From positions 576,001 through 640,000 of the forward strand of contig CAVRAY010000001.1 of the NCBI GenBank assembly GCA_963719225.1: DNA of 64,000 nt, written 5' to 3'. This document shows, one piece after another, positions 10,118-19,844 of this stretch. A model generated the notes under the pieces. It worked only from the letters and a program-made list of their open reading frames with translations, ran no database searches and had not been told where the DNA came from. The stretch comes from Thermoanaerobaculia bacterium. GTDB lineage: Bacteria > Acidobacteriota > Thermoanaerobaculia > UBA5066. Each line of letters begins with the position of its first letter. Positions within the stretch are counted from its first letter, which is position 1. The translations under genes and the position numbers were made by a program.

Positions 10118-11359
10118 ATGAAATCACGCATCACGCTTCCTGTCCTTTCCCTGCTCGCCGCGGTCCTCGGGTGCGAGGCGGCATCTCCCGCCGGACAGCC
10201 GACCCCTCCGAAGCCGGCGGGATCCACGTCGCCCGCCTCCTCCGCGCCTCACGCCGCGCCCGCGCGCCAGCCGTCGAACGATGCTCTTATGGAATGGGTC
10301 GAGGCGTTCTTCCCGTGGGGCGAGGGCAAGGTCACGATCGAGACGGTCTCGCAGGTCGTCCTCGGCGGCGGCGCCCGCCTCGTCGTGGCCAAGAAAGCCT
10401 TCACCGCCGACGCGCGCATGAACGACCAGGCCTACCTCGTCGTGGAAGACGGCGGGAAAGCGATTCTCGTCGGCGACGTCATCTACGACGAGGAGCGCGC
10501 CAAGAAGCCGGTCCCCGTCCCGATTCGCACGGACGCCGATCTCGACGGCCTGCGCGCGCGGCTCAAGCAGTATCTCCTCGGGGCGTTCTCGCTCGTTCTC
10601 GACCCTGCGAGCGACCGCAGGGGCTGGAAGGGCGTGATCGTAAAGGCCGACACGGGATACGGGAGCTACCCGATGGCCGGCTGGTTGAAGGCCGACGACG
10701 GGACGCTGCTCATTCTCGGCCGGTGGTGGGACCGTGCGCGCTCCGTCGCCGAGCAGCGAAGGGAATACATCAAGCTCCAGGGAACGCCCGCCACCGGACC
10801 GGCCGACGCGCGGGTGACCGTCGTGGAGTACTCCGACATGCAGTGCGGCTTCTGCAAGAAGAGGACGCTCGACTTCGAGAACCTGGTCGCGAAGCTGGGC
10901 AAGGAGCTCAAGATCCGGCGGTACATCAAGTCGTTCCCGCTCACGGGCGCTCATCCCTGGGCGTTCCGGGCCTCCTCGGCGGGACGCTGCTTTTTCGACG
11001 GCCCGGGCGGAGCGGACCTCTTCTTCCGCTGGAAGTCCAACGTCTATGCGAAGCAGGAGGAGCTTTCCGTGCCGCAGGTCGACGCCTTCGCGATGGACTT
11101 CGCGGTCGCGAACGAGCTCGACGAGAAGGCCTTTCGCGCCTGCTACCTCCAGGCGAAGGCGAGCGAGAAGATCCACGCCGACCTGGCCGAAGGCTGGGCC
11201 ATGCGCGTCCGCTCCACGCCGACCTATTTCATCGACGGCGTCTACGTCTCCTGGTTCGGCGACAACGTCATGGAGGAGTTCCTGAGGAAGACGTACCTCG
11301 GGGGGCGAGGCCTTCCTCTCCCCGCGCCTCCGGCGGCATCGACTCCGTCCAAGCACTGA
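10118..11359 (+). CDS. Exported DsbA/DsbC-like thiol-disulfide oxidoreductase, probable lipoprotein
   Basis: Lipobox-like VLGC; EYSDMQCGFC active site; STPTYFIDG cis-Pro loop. Confidence 0.82.
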   Translation: MKSRITLPVLSLLAAVLGCEAASPAGQPTPPKPAGSTSPASSAPHAAPARQPSNDALMEWVEAFFPWGEGKVTIETVSQVVLGGGARLVVAKKAFTADARMNDQAYLVVEDGGKAILVGDVIYDEERAKKPVPVPIRTDADLDGLRARLKQYLLGAFSLVLDPASDRRGWKGVIVKADTGYGSYPMAGWLKADDGTLLILGRWWDRARSVAEQRREYIKLQGTPATGPADARVTVVEYSDMQCGFCKKRTLDFENLVAKLGKELKIRRYIKSFPLTGAHPWAFRASSAGRCFFDGPGGADLFFRWKSNVYAKQEELSVPQVDAFAMDFAVANELDEKAFRACYLQAKASEKIHADLAEGWAMRVRSTPTYFIDGVYVSWFGDNVMEEFLRKTYLGGRGLPLPAPPAASTPSKH

Positions 11360-11371
11360 GAAATCCCTCTC

Positions 11372-13318
11372 TCAATTCTTGAACGGCACCTGGACCACGA
11401 TCCAGACCTTGACCTTGTGGCCGTCCTTCGTGGCGGGCTTCCATTTCCACTGGGCGAGGGCGGATCTGCTCGCTTCCCCGAGGCCCACCTTCAGGGTCGT
11501 GTCGCGCAGGATCTCCACCTTCGCGGGCTCTCCGTTTTCGTCCACGAGGACGCGCAGGAGGACGGTCCCGGAGATGTGACGCTGGATCGCGAGACGCGTG
11601 GCCTGCGGGCTGACCTGGCGCACGGAAACGGGAGGCGTGTCGATCGCGTCGGTGTCGACGAGATCGCCGTCCTTCACGGCCGGCGTCGCGACGACGGCCG
11701 CCGCCTTCTGCGCCTCGGACTTTCGGCGCTCGACCGCTTCGCGCGCGAGACGCGCAGCTTCCTCGCGGTCCGCCTTTCGGCGTAAGACCCGAGCGGTTTC
11801 CTCGGTGTCCTTCGACTTCACGGCCTCCTCCGACGTCTTGTCGATCTCGGCGCGGCGCTTTTTTGCGGCGGCTTCCTGCTCGCGTGCCGCCTTCGCCTCC
11901 CGCTTCTTGAGCTCCTCCTGGAGCTTCTTTTCGACGGCGGCCACGAACAGCGGGTCTTCCTTTCCGACCACGATCGGAGCGGGTGTCGGCACCGGCGTGG
12001 GCGGCGCGAGGGTGGGTGCGGGCGCGGGCGTCGGCACCGGAAGGGGAGGCGACGCCGAGGGCCTGAGGGCGAAATACGCGCCGCCCGCGAGGAGCAGGAC
12101 GGCCCCGAGGGCGACGGCCCACAGCGGCACGCCGCCCAGCGGTTTCTTCGGCGGGGGTTCACCGACGCGCACGGGAACCGGCCCCGAACGCGACGTACGT
12201 TCAGGAGGCCGGAGGGGGGGCGCGGGCCGGCGGCGCGTCCCGGTGGAAGAGTCGAGCCGGCGCGATCCGGTGGAGGATTCGAGCCGGCGCGAGCCGCTTC
12301 CCTCGACGACCGGAGCCAGGAGCGGTCCGAGGACAGGGGCCGGTGCGGGAACGGGAGGGAGGGCGAGCGTGTTCGGGTCGATTTCTTCTTCGGCGGCCAG
12401 CTCGAGCCTCTCGCGCTGGATCGCCTTGTCGAAGTGCTTCTGCAGGAAGAAGGCGAGGTTGAACGTGGAGGGCGCATAGGGGCCGCCGTAGAGGAGCGCC
12501 GACAGGTCTTTGCGGAAGGACGAGATCTGCCGATCGCGCATGCGCGGGTCCGGATGCAGCGCCCGCCGCAGGAGTCGGCGGATGTCCTCGGGCACGGGGC
12601 TGCCGTCCACGGCGAGGGTCGCGCTTTCGACGGATTCGAGGGCGACGCCGGGCGGCGGCGCGCGGCCCGTGAGCGCTTCGTAGAGAATCGCGCCCACGGA
12701 ATACAGGTCGCCGGGCGTCGACGGTTTTCCCTCGGCGAAGACTTCCGGGGCGACGTAGGGCCCGAACGTCTGCCTGGTGCGGGCGTTCTTCAGGGCCGGC
12801 AGGAGGCCGGCGCCGAGCGCATATCCGAACACGCGCGCTTCCCCCTCGTTGGAAATGCAGACGAACGCAGGCACGAGAAACCCGTGCGGGGCCCCCGTGA
12901 AGCGCTCGACGGCCGCTCCGGCTTCGAGAGCGGTGAGCAGCCGTTCCGCGATGAGGAGGCCGTGCTCGACCGGCAGCGGGGACCCGAGAAGGCGGGCGGC
13001 GAGAAGGTGATCGAGGGTGCGCCCTTCGACGTACTGGGTGCCCAGGAACGGGATGTCGTCGATGGCGCCCATCACGGTCCCGCGGGCGACGGTCGGCCCC
13101 TGAACGTCGTCGACGAGGTTCACGGCGGTTTCCATCGCGGACAAGAGCGCCGGCCGGTCGATCGCCGGCGCCGTGAACGTCCGCACGAGGAGGAAAGGCT
13201 TCAGCCTGGGTTCGCCCGCCGTCCCGGCCCGCCAGGCTTCACCGAGAGCGTCCGTGCCAAGGGCGCGTGTCAGGACATAAGGCCCGAACGGCCGCGGGCT
13301 CGGTGCGGAGGCGCTCAT
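11372..13318 (-). CDS. Ser/Thr kinase-like (degenerate) domain + TM helix + coiled coil + TonB C-terminal domain
   Basis: YVAPE and DLYSVGAILYEALTG kinase subdomains; TM LWAVALGAVLLLAGGAYFAL; GTVLLRVLVDENG...QWKWKPATKDG TonB_C. Confidence 0.85.
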   Translation of the reverse strand: MSASAPSPRPFGPYVLTRALGTDALGEAWRAGTAGEPRLKPFLLVRTFTAPAIDRPALLSAMETAVNLVDDVQGPTVARGTVMGAIDDIPFLGTQYVEGRTLDHLLAARLLGSPLPVEHGLLIAERLLTALEAGAAVERFTGAPHGFLVPAFVCISNEGEARVFGYALGAGLLPALKNARTRQTFGPYVAPEVFAEGKPSTPGDLYSVGAILYEALTGRAPPPGVALESVESATLAVDGSPVPEDIRRLLRRALHPDPRMRDRQISSFRKDLSALLYGGPYAPSTFNLAFFLQKHFDKAIQRERLELAAEEEIDPNTLALPPVPAPAPVLGPLLAPVVEGSGSRRLESSTGSRRLDSSTGTRRRPAPPLRPPERTSRSGPVPVRVGEPPPKKPLGGVPLWAVALGAVLLLAGGAYFALRPSASPPLPVPTPAPAPTLAPPTPVPTPAPIVVGKEDPLFVAAVEKKLQEELKKREAKAAREQEAAAKKRRAEIDKTSEEAVKSKDTEETARVLRRKADREEAARLAREAVERRKSEAQKAAAVVATPAVKDGDLVDTDAIDTPPVSVRQVSPQATRLAIQRHISGTVLLRVLVDENGEPAKVEILRDTTLKVGLGEASRSALAQWKWKPATKDGHKVKVWIVVQVPFKN

Positions 13319-13386
13319 GAGCTTTTCGGAAGCGGACCCTTGAGTGTAGCAAGGAACTGGCCTCCCTCGACCAGCGGGCTGCGGGC

Positions 13387-14451
13387 CTAGCGTTCGGCGG
13401 CCTGCGCCTCCCGCCGCGTCTGGCGGTAGCGCGCCGCGTTTCGCTGCTGCTCCTCGTAGTCCTGGGAGAACGAGTGCGACCCGTCGCCCGCCGCCACGAA
13501 GTAGAGGAACGAGACGTCCGCGGGAGCGATCGACGCCCTCAGGGACGCGAGCCCCGGGTTGCAGATCGGGCCCGGCGGAAGTCCCGGGTTCACGTAGGTG
13601 TTGAAGGGCTCATCCACGGCCAGCTCGGAGCGCGCGAGGGAGCCGCGCCAGAGCCCGAGCCTCTTCAGGGCGTAGATCGTGGTCGGATCGCATTGCAGGA
13701 GCATCCCCTTGCGCAGGCGGTTCCGGTAAACGGCCGACACGATCGGCCGTTCGGCCGTGACGGCCGTCTCCTTCTCGACCAGCGAGGCGAGGGTCGTGGC
13801 CTGAAGCAGCGTCATCCCCTGCGCGCGGGCCTTCTGCTCGAACCCGTCCGGGAGCCTGCGACCGAACTGCCGGGTCATCGCCCCGAGGATCTCCCGCGCG
13901 CCCATCGAGCGCGTCACGATGTACGTGTCCGGAAAGAGGAAGCCTTCCAGCGAGGGCGCGTCCTTCGGGACGCCTTCGAACTCGTCGGGCTTCTGAAAGA
14001 GAGCCTGATAGTCGCGCATCGTGGAGAAGTTCTGCGACGCGAACAGGGTGAAGACCTCGTCGGCGGTGAAGCCCTCGGGCACGGTGATCCGGTAGGTCAC
14101 GACGTCTCCGGCGACGATCGAAAGGACGACCTGCTCGGGCGTGCGCGGTCCCGCGAACCGGTACTCGCCCGCCTTGAGCGTCTTGCCCTGATGAAGCACC
14201 TTGAGAGCCACCATGCCGAGACGCCAGTCGCGCAGGACTCCTTTCGACTCGAGCATCTCGAACACGCTCGCGGAGGGCGTGCGCGGCGCAATCGTCACGA
14301 TGACCTCCTCGCCTGGATACCCCTGATACGGGGTTCTCAGGACGAAGGACACGAACGCGATGGCCACCGCGATGCCGACGACGACGAGGGCGATCACCCA
14401 CGCGGACAAAGACGTGGCGTGACGTCTGTGGGACGAGCGATGCTCGAGCAC
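13387..14451 (-). CDS. mltG: Endolytic transglycosylase MltG
   Basis: LKAGEY, EGFLFPDTY, ASLVEKET, LQCDPT, GLPPGPICNPG. Confidence 0.93.
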   Translation of the reverse strand: MLEHRSSHRRHATSLSAWVIALVVVGIAVAIAFVSFVLRTPYQGYPGEEVIVTIAPRTPSASVFEMLESKGVLRDWRLGMVALKVLHQGKTLKAGEYRFAGPRTPEQVVLSIVAGDVVTYRITVPEGFTADEVFTLFASQNFSTMRDYQALFQKPDEFEGVPKDAPSLEGFLFPDTYIVTRSMGAREILGAMTRQFGRRLPDGFEQKARAQGMTLLQATTLASLVEKETAVTAERPIVSAVYRNRLRKGMLLQCDPTTIYALKRLGLWRGSLARSELAVDEPFNTYVNPGLPPGPICNPGLASLRASIAPADVSFLYFVAAGDGSHSFSQDYEEQQRNAARYRQTRREAQAAER

Positions 14452-14471
14452 GGGCGGCTTCGCGGAGCGCC

Positions 14472-14900
14472 TCAGCGCGTGCCGCGCGCCTCGTCGCGCT
14501 CGAAGAAATAGTCCCTGAGGAGAATGGCCGCCGCTTCCGCGTCCCGGGCGGACTTCCGGCGGCCCCCGCGAAAGCCGGCCTCGACGAGAGTCCGCTCGGC
14601 CGAAACCGTCGTCAGCCCCTCGCCGTGGAGATCGACGGGCAGCCCCGACGACTCACGAAGCCGCCGTGCGAAGTTCCGGACGCGGCGCGCCCAGGCACCT
14701 TCGCGGCCGTCCGCGCCCAACGGATGACCTACGACGATGCGAAGCACGTCGCGTTCCCGGGCGGCGGCGACGACGGCGGCCGCGGCCTGAAGATCGCTCT
14801 TGCGCGGCAGAACGCCTACCGGCACCACGACGCGGCCGGTCTCGTCAGAGACGGCGAGCCCGATCCTTTTCTCCCCGAAGTCGACGGCCAGGATGCGCAC
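14472..14900 (-). CDS. ruvX: YqgF/RuvX nuclease
   Basis: ILAVDFGEKRIGLAVSD, EGLTT, DAEAAAILL. Confidence 0.9.
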   Translation of the reverse strand: MRILAVDFGEKRIGLAVSDETGRVVVPVGVLPRKSDLQAAAAVVAAARERDVLRIVVGHPLGADGREGAWARRVRNFARRLRESSGLPVDLHGEGLTTVSAERTLVEAGFRGGRRKSARDAEAAAILLRDYFFERDEARGTR

Positions 14901-15003
14901 GACCCGAATCGTAGGAGGCCCCCTCGGCGAAGTCCACTGCGGCTACAATCGCCCTCTTGGGCGGTCCGCGCGCTGCGGATCGGCCGCGGGAGCACATCCT
15001 CAT

Positions 15004-16182
15004 ATGAACGACGTCTTCGTCCTCTCCGCCGCCCGGACGCCGGTCGGCACGTTTCTCGGCGCGCTCGCGCCTCTTTCCGCGTCGCGCCTCGGCGCGGTCG
15101 CGATCAAGGCCGCGCTCGAGCGCGCGGAAGTCCCCCCGTCTTCGGTCTCCCACGTGTGGATGGGGAACGTCCTGCAGGCGGGTCAGGGCCAGGCTCCCGC
15201 GCGGCAGGCGGCGCTCGCCGCGGACCTGCCTCCCGCCACCGGCTGCATCACGGTCCACAAGGTGTGCGGGTCCGGGATGCGGGCCGTGATGGACGCCGCG
15301 AACGCGCTGCGCGTCGGCGAATTCGACGTCGCCGTCGCGGGCGGCATGGAATCCATGTCGAATGCTCCATACCTGCTTCCGAAGGGCCGCTCCGGCCAGC
15401 GGATGGGCCACGGCCAGATTCTCGATTCGATGATCTCGGACGGCCTCTGGGACCCCTACAAGAACGTCCACATGGGCAACTGCGCCGAGCTCTGCGCAGC
15501 GAAGTACTCGTTCACGCGAGAGGCGCAGGACGCGTTCGCGCTCGAGAGCTACCAGCGCGCGCGCCGTGCGAACGAAGCGGGCGACTTCAAGGCCGAGTTC
15601 GCTCCCGTGACCGTCGACGCGAAGAAGGGCCCCATCACCGTGGATCGCGACGAGGAGCCCTTCGCGACGCCGCTCGAGAAGCTCGAGAAGATGGGGACGC
15701 TGAAGCCGGCTTTCCAGAAGGACGGCACCGTGACCGCCGCGAATTCGTCGAAGATCAACGACGGCGCGTCGGCGCTCGTCCTCGTCTCCGAGGCGAGTCT
15801 GGGAAACTGGAAGCCGATCGCCCGTGTCGTCGCGCAGGCGTCGCATGCCCAGGAGCCGGAGTGGTTCACGACGGCGCCCGTGGCGGCCGCGCGGAAGGCG
15901 GCCGAAAAGGCCGGGATCCCGCTGTCCCAGGTCGACCTTTTCGAGGTGAACGAGGCCTTCGCGGTCGTCGCGATGGCGTTCATCGAGGATCTCGCTCTCG
16001 ACCCGAACAAGGTGAACGTGAACGGCGGGGCCGTGGCCCTCGGTCATCCGATCGGCTCCTCGGGCTCGCGCATCCTGACGACGCTCATCCACGCGCTGCG
16101 CGCCCGCAAGAAGAAGTACGGCCTCGCCTCGATCTGCATCGGGGGCGGCGAAGCGACCGCCGTCGTCGTCGAAGCGCTCTAG
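15004..16182 (+). CDS. Acetyl-CoA C-acetyltransferase (thiolase)
   Basis: KVCGSG, NEAFA, GHPIG and CIGGG motifs; ATG 15004. Confidence 0.93.
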   Translation: MNDVFVLSAARTPVGTFLGALAPLSASRLGAVAIKAALERAEVPPSSVSHVWMGNVLQAGQGQAPARQAALAADLPPATGCITVHKVCGSGMRAVMDAANALRVGEFDVAVAGGMESMSNAPYLLPKGRSGQRMGHGQILDSMISDGLWDPYKNVHMGNCAELCAAKYSFTREAQDAFALESYQRARRANEAGDFKAEFAPVTVDAKKGPITVDRDEEPFATPLEKLEKMGTLKPAFQKDGTVTAANSSKINDGASALVLVSEASLGNWKPIARVVAQASHAQEPEWFTTAPVAAARKAAEKAGIPLSQVDLFEVNEAFAVVAMAFIEDLALDPNKVNVNGGAVALGHPIGSSGSRILTTLIHALRARKKKYGLASICIGGGEATAVVVEAL

Positions 16183-16192
16183 AATCGGGCCG

Positions 16193-16906
16193 ATGGTCGA
16201 CAAGGTCGTCCACGGAGCCACCCCTCGAGAGGCGGCGGCGAAGGCCGTGAAGGACGTCCCGTCCGGCACGACCCTCGTCGTGGGCGGCTTCGGTCTGTGT
16301 GGAATCCCGGAGAATCTCATCGCGGCGCTCGCCGAGAGCGACGTCTCGAAGCTGACGTGCGTCTCGAACAACTGCGGCGTCGACGACTGGGGGCTCGGCA
16401 TTCTCCTCGGGAAGAAGAAGATCCGGAAGATGATCTCGTCCTACGTCGGCGAGAACGCCGAGTTCGAGAGACAGTACCTTGCGGGCGAGCTCGAGCTCGA
16501 GTTCTGCCCGCAGGGCACGCTCGCCGAGCGGATGCGTGCCGGCGGCGCCGGCATCGCCGGCTTCTACACGCCGACGGGCGCCGGCACGATCGTGGCGGAG
16601 GGAAAAGAGACGAAGGTCTTCGAGGGGAGGGAATACGTCCTGGAGCGCGGCCTCGTGGGCGACTTCGCGCTCGTCGCCGCCTGGAAAGGCGACCGGCTCG
16701 GCAACCTCGTGTACCGGAAAACCGCGCGGAACTTCAACCCGATGGCCGCGACGGCGGGAAGGATCACGATCGCCGAGGTCGAGGAGCTCGTCGAGCCCGG
16801 CGGCCTCGATCCGGACGAGATCGACACGCCCGGCATCTTCGTCAAGCGCGTCGTCGTGGCGCCCCGCGTCAAGCGCATCGAGCGGCGCACCGTGCGGAAG
16901 GGCTGA
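16193..16906 (+). CDS. scoA: 3-oxoacid CoA-transferase subunit A
   Basis: [30 protein letters not shown]. Confidence 0.9.
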   Translation: MVDKVVHGATPREAAAKAVKDVPSGTTLVVGGFGLCGIPENLIAALAESDVSKLTCVSNNCGVDDWGLGILLGKKKIRKMISSYVGENAEFERQYLAGELELEFCPQGTLAERMRAGGAGIAGFYTPTGAGTIVAEGKETKVFEGREYVLERGLVGDFALVAAWKGDRLGNLVYRKTARNFNPMAATAGRITIAEVEELVEPGGLDPDEIDTPGIFVKRVVVAPRVKRIERRTVRKG

Positions 16907-16908
16907 GG

Positions 16909-17571
16909 ATGGCGAAGCTCGACCGGGACGGCATCGTCCGGCGCGCGGCGCAGGAGCTTCGCGACGGGATGTACGTGAACCTCGGCATCGGCATGCCGAC
17001 GCTCGTCTCGAACTGCATCCCGAAGGGCATGGAGGTCATTCTCCAGTCCGAGAACGGCATCCTCGGCATGGGACCGTATCCCACCGAAAGCGAGGTCGAT
17101 CCCGACCTCATCAACGCCGGCAAGGAAACCGTCACGGTCGTCCCCGGCGCCGCGTTCTTCTCGTCGGCCGATTCGTTCGCGATGATCCGCGGCGGTCACA
17201 TCGACCTCTGCATCCTGGGCGCGATGCAGGTGGACGCCGAGGGGTCGATCGCGAATTGGATGATTCCCGGAAAGCTCGTGAAGGGGATGGGCGGCGCGAT
17301 GGACCTCGTCGCGGCGGCGCGCCGCATCGTGGTCACGATGGAGCACGTCGCGAAGAACGGCGAGAAGAAGATCCTGAACCGCTGCACGCTCCCGCTCACG
17401 GGCAAGGGCTGCGTCCACCGCATCATCACCGACCTCGCCGTCCTCGACGTGAAGAAGGGCGGAGGCCTCGTCCTCAAAGAGCGCGCGCCAGGCGTCTCGG
17501 TGGACGAAATCCGCGCGGCCACGGAGCCGCCGCTCGAGACGGCGGGCGACGTGCCCGAGATGAAGGTCTGA
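16909..17571 (+). CDS. scoB: 3-oxoacid CoA-transferase subunit B
   Basis: [12 protein letters not shown] (catalytic Glu), GMGGAMDL. Confidence 0.9.
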   Translation: MAKLDRDGIVRRAAQELRDGMYVNLGIGMPTLVSNCIPKGMEVILQSENGILGMGPYPTESEVDPDLINAGKETVTVVPGAAFFSSADSFAMIRGGHIDLCILGAMQVDAEGSIANWMIPGKLVKGMGGAMDLVAAARRIVVTMEHVAKNGEKKILNRCTLPLTGKGCVHRIITDLAVLDVKKGGGLVLKERAPGVSVDEIRAATEPPLETAGDVPEMKV

Positions 17572-17600
17572 CGGGCGCGCCGATTGCTCCTTCCTTAGGC

Positions 17601-19844
17601 GTGCGGCGTTTTGGCAGAGGAACCGGCCTGTGGATCGCCATGGCCGTCTGCACGGGAGCAAATCTCTCTTTCTCCCAATCTTCCTTCGATACCGACCCGT
17701 TCGCGTCGCGCTTTCGCGAGCGCGGCGGATGGGAGCCGAAATTCAAGGCGCCCGAGAAGGGCGGATCCATCCGCATCACGATCGACGCGGGGGAGCCCGG
17801 CGGCCCGCAGGGCAAGCAGACGTTCGTCGAAGAGGACCTCTTCACGGCGGACGCGCCGCCCGGCAAGTTCGTCACGATCGAATACCAGGACCTCAAGCTC
17901 ACGGCGCACAACGTGCACGGCAGCCTGAAGAAGAAGACGGTCGTGGCCGAAGGGGACGTGACGTTCGAGCAGGGACCGTCGAGCATGCGCGGCGCCCGGC
18001 TCGAGCTGGACCTCGTCGAGAAGACGGGCGTTCTCACGGACGGCCGCATGGACCTGGAGGGCGGCCTCCACCTGAAGGGAGCGACGCTCGCGAAGGTCGG
18101 GCCCCGCACGTTCTCGCTCACCGACGGCGTCGTGACCTCCTGCGAAGGCGAGAACCCCGCCTGGAAGTTCAAGGTGAAGAGCGGCACCGTGACGATCGAG
18201 GAGTTCGCGCGCCTCAAGAACGTGACGTTCTCGATGGGCGGCGTCCCGCTCCTCTACACGCCCTATCTCATCTGGCCGGCGTTGAGGGATCGGGCGTCCG
18301 GCTTCCTCATCCCCGGCCTGGGCTACAACTCGAACCGGGGCGGTTATTTCGGCATGTCGTATTACTGGGCGGTCAATCGCTCGGCGGACGCGACGTTCTC
18401 CGGCGACTTCTATACGAAGCAGTACTACGGCCTCGGTGCGGAGCTCCGGGCGCGGCCCTCCGAACGTACGCGCTTCGAAGGCACGTACTACGTCATCAAG
18501 GACCCGACGATCGACAAGTGGCGCTGGCAGACGCAGGGGACGCTCGTCTCGGATGACCTCGGTCCGAAGCTGCGCGGCGTCGTGACGTGGCTCGACCTCT
18601 CGGACCCGACTTTTTTCCAGGACTTCAACCGCAACTTCGGCCTTTCGTCCACGCGCGCGCTGAAGAGCGAGGGTTTCGTCACGTGGAGCCCCGATCCGTT
18701 CGCGCTGAACCTCCGGGTGTCGCGCGAGGAAGCTCTCGGTTACGGCTCCGGATCGGTCGTGAGCGAGCGGCTGCCCTCGCTCGAGGCCAGCCTGCGCCCG
18801 ACCCCTTTCTTCGGCCAGGCGGTCTTCGTCGAAGCGTCGGCGCAGGGCGGGATGCTGCGCACCGATCGCGGAGAAGGGCTTCCGTCCGGCGCGTACGACC
18901 GCTTCGATCTCTTTCCGAAGGTGAACGTGCCGCTGTCGCTCTTCCCGTGGCTCTCGCTCGAGAGCACGGCCGGCGTGCGGCTCACGAGCTACGGGAAGTC
19001 CCTCTCTCGGGACGGGACGAGCCTCGAGGAAGACCGGTACAACCGTGAGGCGCTCTCCACGACCGTCTCCCTGACGGGGCCCGCTTTCTCCCGCCTCTTC
19101 GACGGCAAGCTCGGGCCGTTCACCAGGTTCAAACACGTGATCGAGCCCCGCGTCACGTGGGACACGCTGACGGGCCGCGACGACTTCTCCCCGACGCCCC
19201 TCTTCGACGAAATCGACTCTCTCGTTCCCGCCAACGTGGTCCGTTATTCGCTCCTGCAGCACCTTCTCGCCAAGGGAACCGAGGGGGGCTCGCGCGAGAT
19301 CGCCTCGTTCGAGGTGGCCCGTCGTTACTTCGTGAAGCTCCCCGGCGAAGGCACGGTCGCGGGGCCGGTTCCCGACACCCAGCGCAGCTCGCCCTGGGAC
19401 TTCATCCTGCGCGTGAACGCCACGTCCGCGCTGAATCTGGACGTCCGGACGACCTGGGATTCCCACGCGAACCAGGTCACGGCGGCGAGCGTGACCGCCG
19501 TCCTGACGGGAGCCGAGCGCACCCTCGCCCTCTCCCTCTTCGACAGCCATCCGGTCTTCTTTCCCGCCCAGCTCGACCCCGGCGCCTCGGCCCAGCTGAG
19601 GGTGTCCGGGGGAATGCCGATCCTCCCGAAGCGCCTCCGGTTCGACGTGGAGGCGAACTACGACCTGACGAAGGGGAGGATGCTCGAGTCCCGCTCGCTG
19701 TTGACGCTCGAGGCAGCCTGCTTCAAGATACTCGCGGAATACCGGGATTTGCGCACCGGTAACGTGCCCTCGAGGGATTTCCGGGTGGCGCTGACCCTGA
19801 AAAACGTGGGTAGCTTTCTCGATTTCACCGGCAGCCTTCCGTGA
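17601..19844 (+). CDS. lptD: LPS-assembly outer membrane protein LptD
   Basis: OstA-like N-terminal jellyroll, TSC...PAW, GVPLLYTPY, RASGFLIP and beta-barrel alternation. Start is GTG 17601 or ATG 17640. Confidence 0.85.
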   Translation: MRRFGRGTGLWIAMAVCTGANLSFSQSSFDTDPFASRFRERGGWEPKFKAPEKGGSIRITIDAGEPGGPQGKQTFVEEDLFTADAPPGKFVTIEYQDLKLTAHNVHGSLKKKTVVAEGDVTFEQGPSSMRGARLELDLVEKTGVLTDGRMDLEGGLHLKGATLAKVGPRTFSLTDGVVTSCEGENPAWKFKVKSGTVTIEEFARLKNVTFSMGGVPLLYTPYLIWPALRDRASGFLIPGLGYNSNRGGYFGMSYYWAVNRSADATFSGDFYTKQYYGLGAELRARPSERTRFEGTYYVIKDPTIDKWRWQTQGTLVSDDLGPKLRGVVTWLDLSDPTFFQDFNRNFGLSSTRALKSEGFVTWSPDPFALNLRVSREEALGYGSGSVVSERLPSLEASLRPTPFFGQAVFVEASAQGGMLRTDRGEGLPSGAYDRFDLFPKVNVPLSLFPWLSLESTAGVRLTSYGKSLSRDGTSLEEDRYNREALSTTVSLTGPAFSRLFDGKLGPFTRFKHVIEPRVTWDTLTGRDDFSPTPLFDEIDSLVPANVVRYSLLQHLLAKGTEGGSREIASFEVARRYFVKLPGEGTVAGPVPDTQRSSPWDFILRVNATSALNLDVRTTWDSHANQVTAASVTAVLTGAERTLALSLFDSHPVFFPAQLDPGASAQLRVSGGMPILPKRLRFDVEANYDLTKGRMLESRSLLTLEAACFKILAEYRDLRTGNVPSRDFRVALTLKNVGSFLDFTGSLP

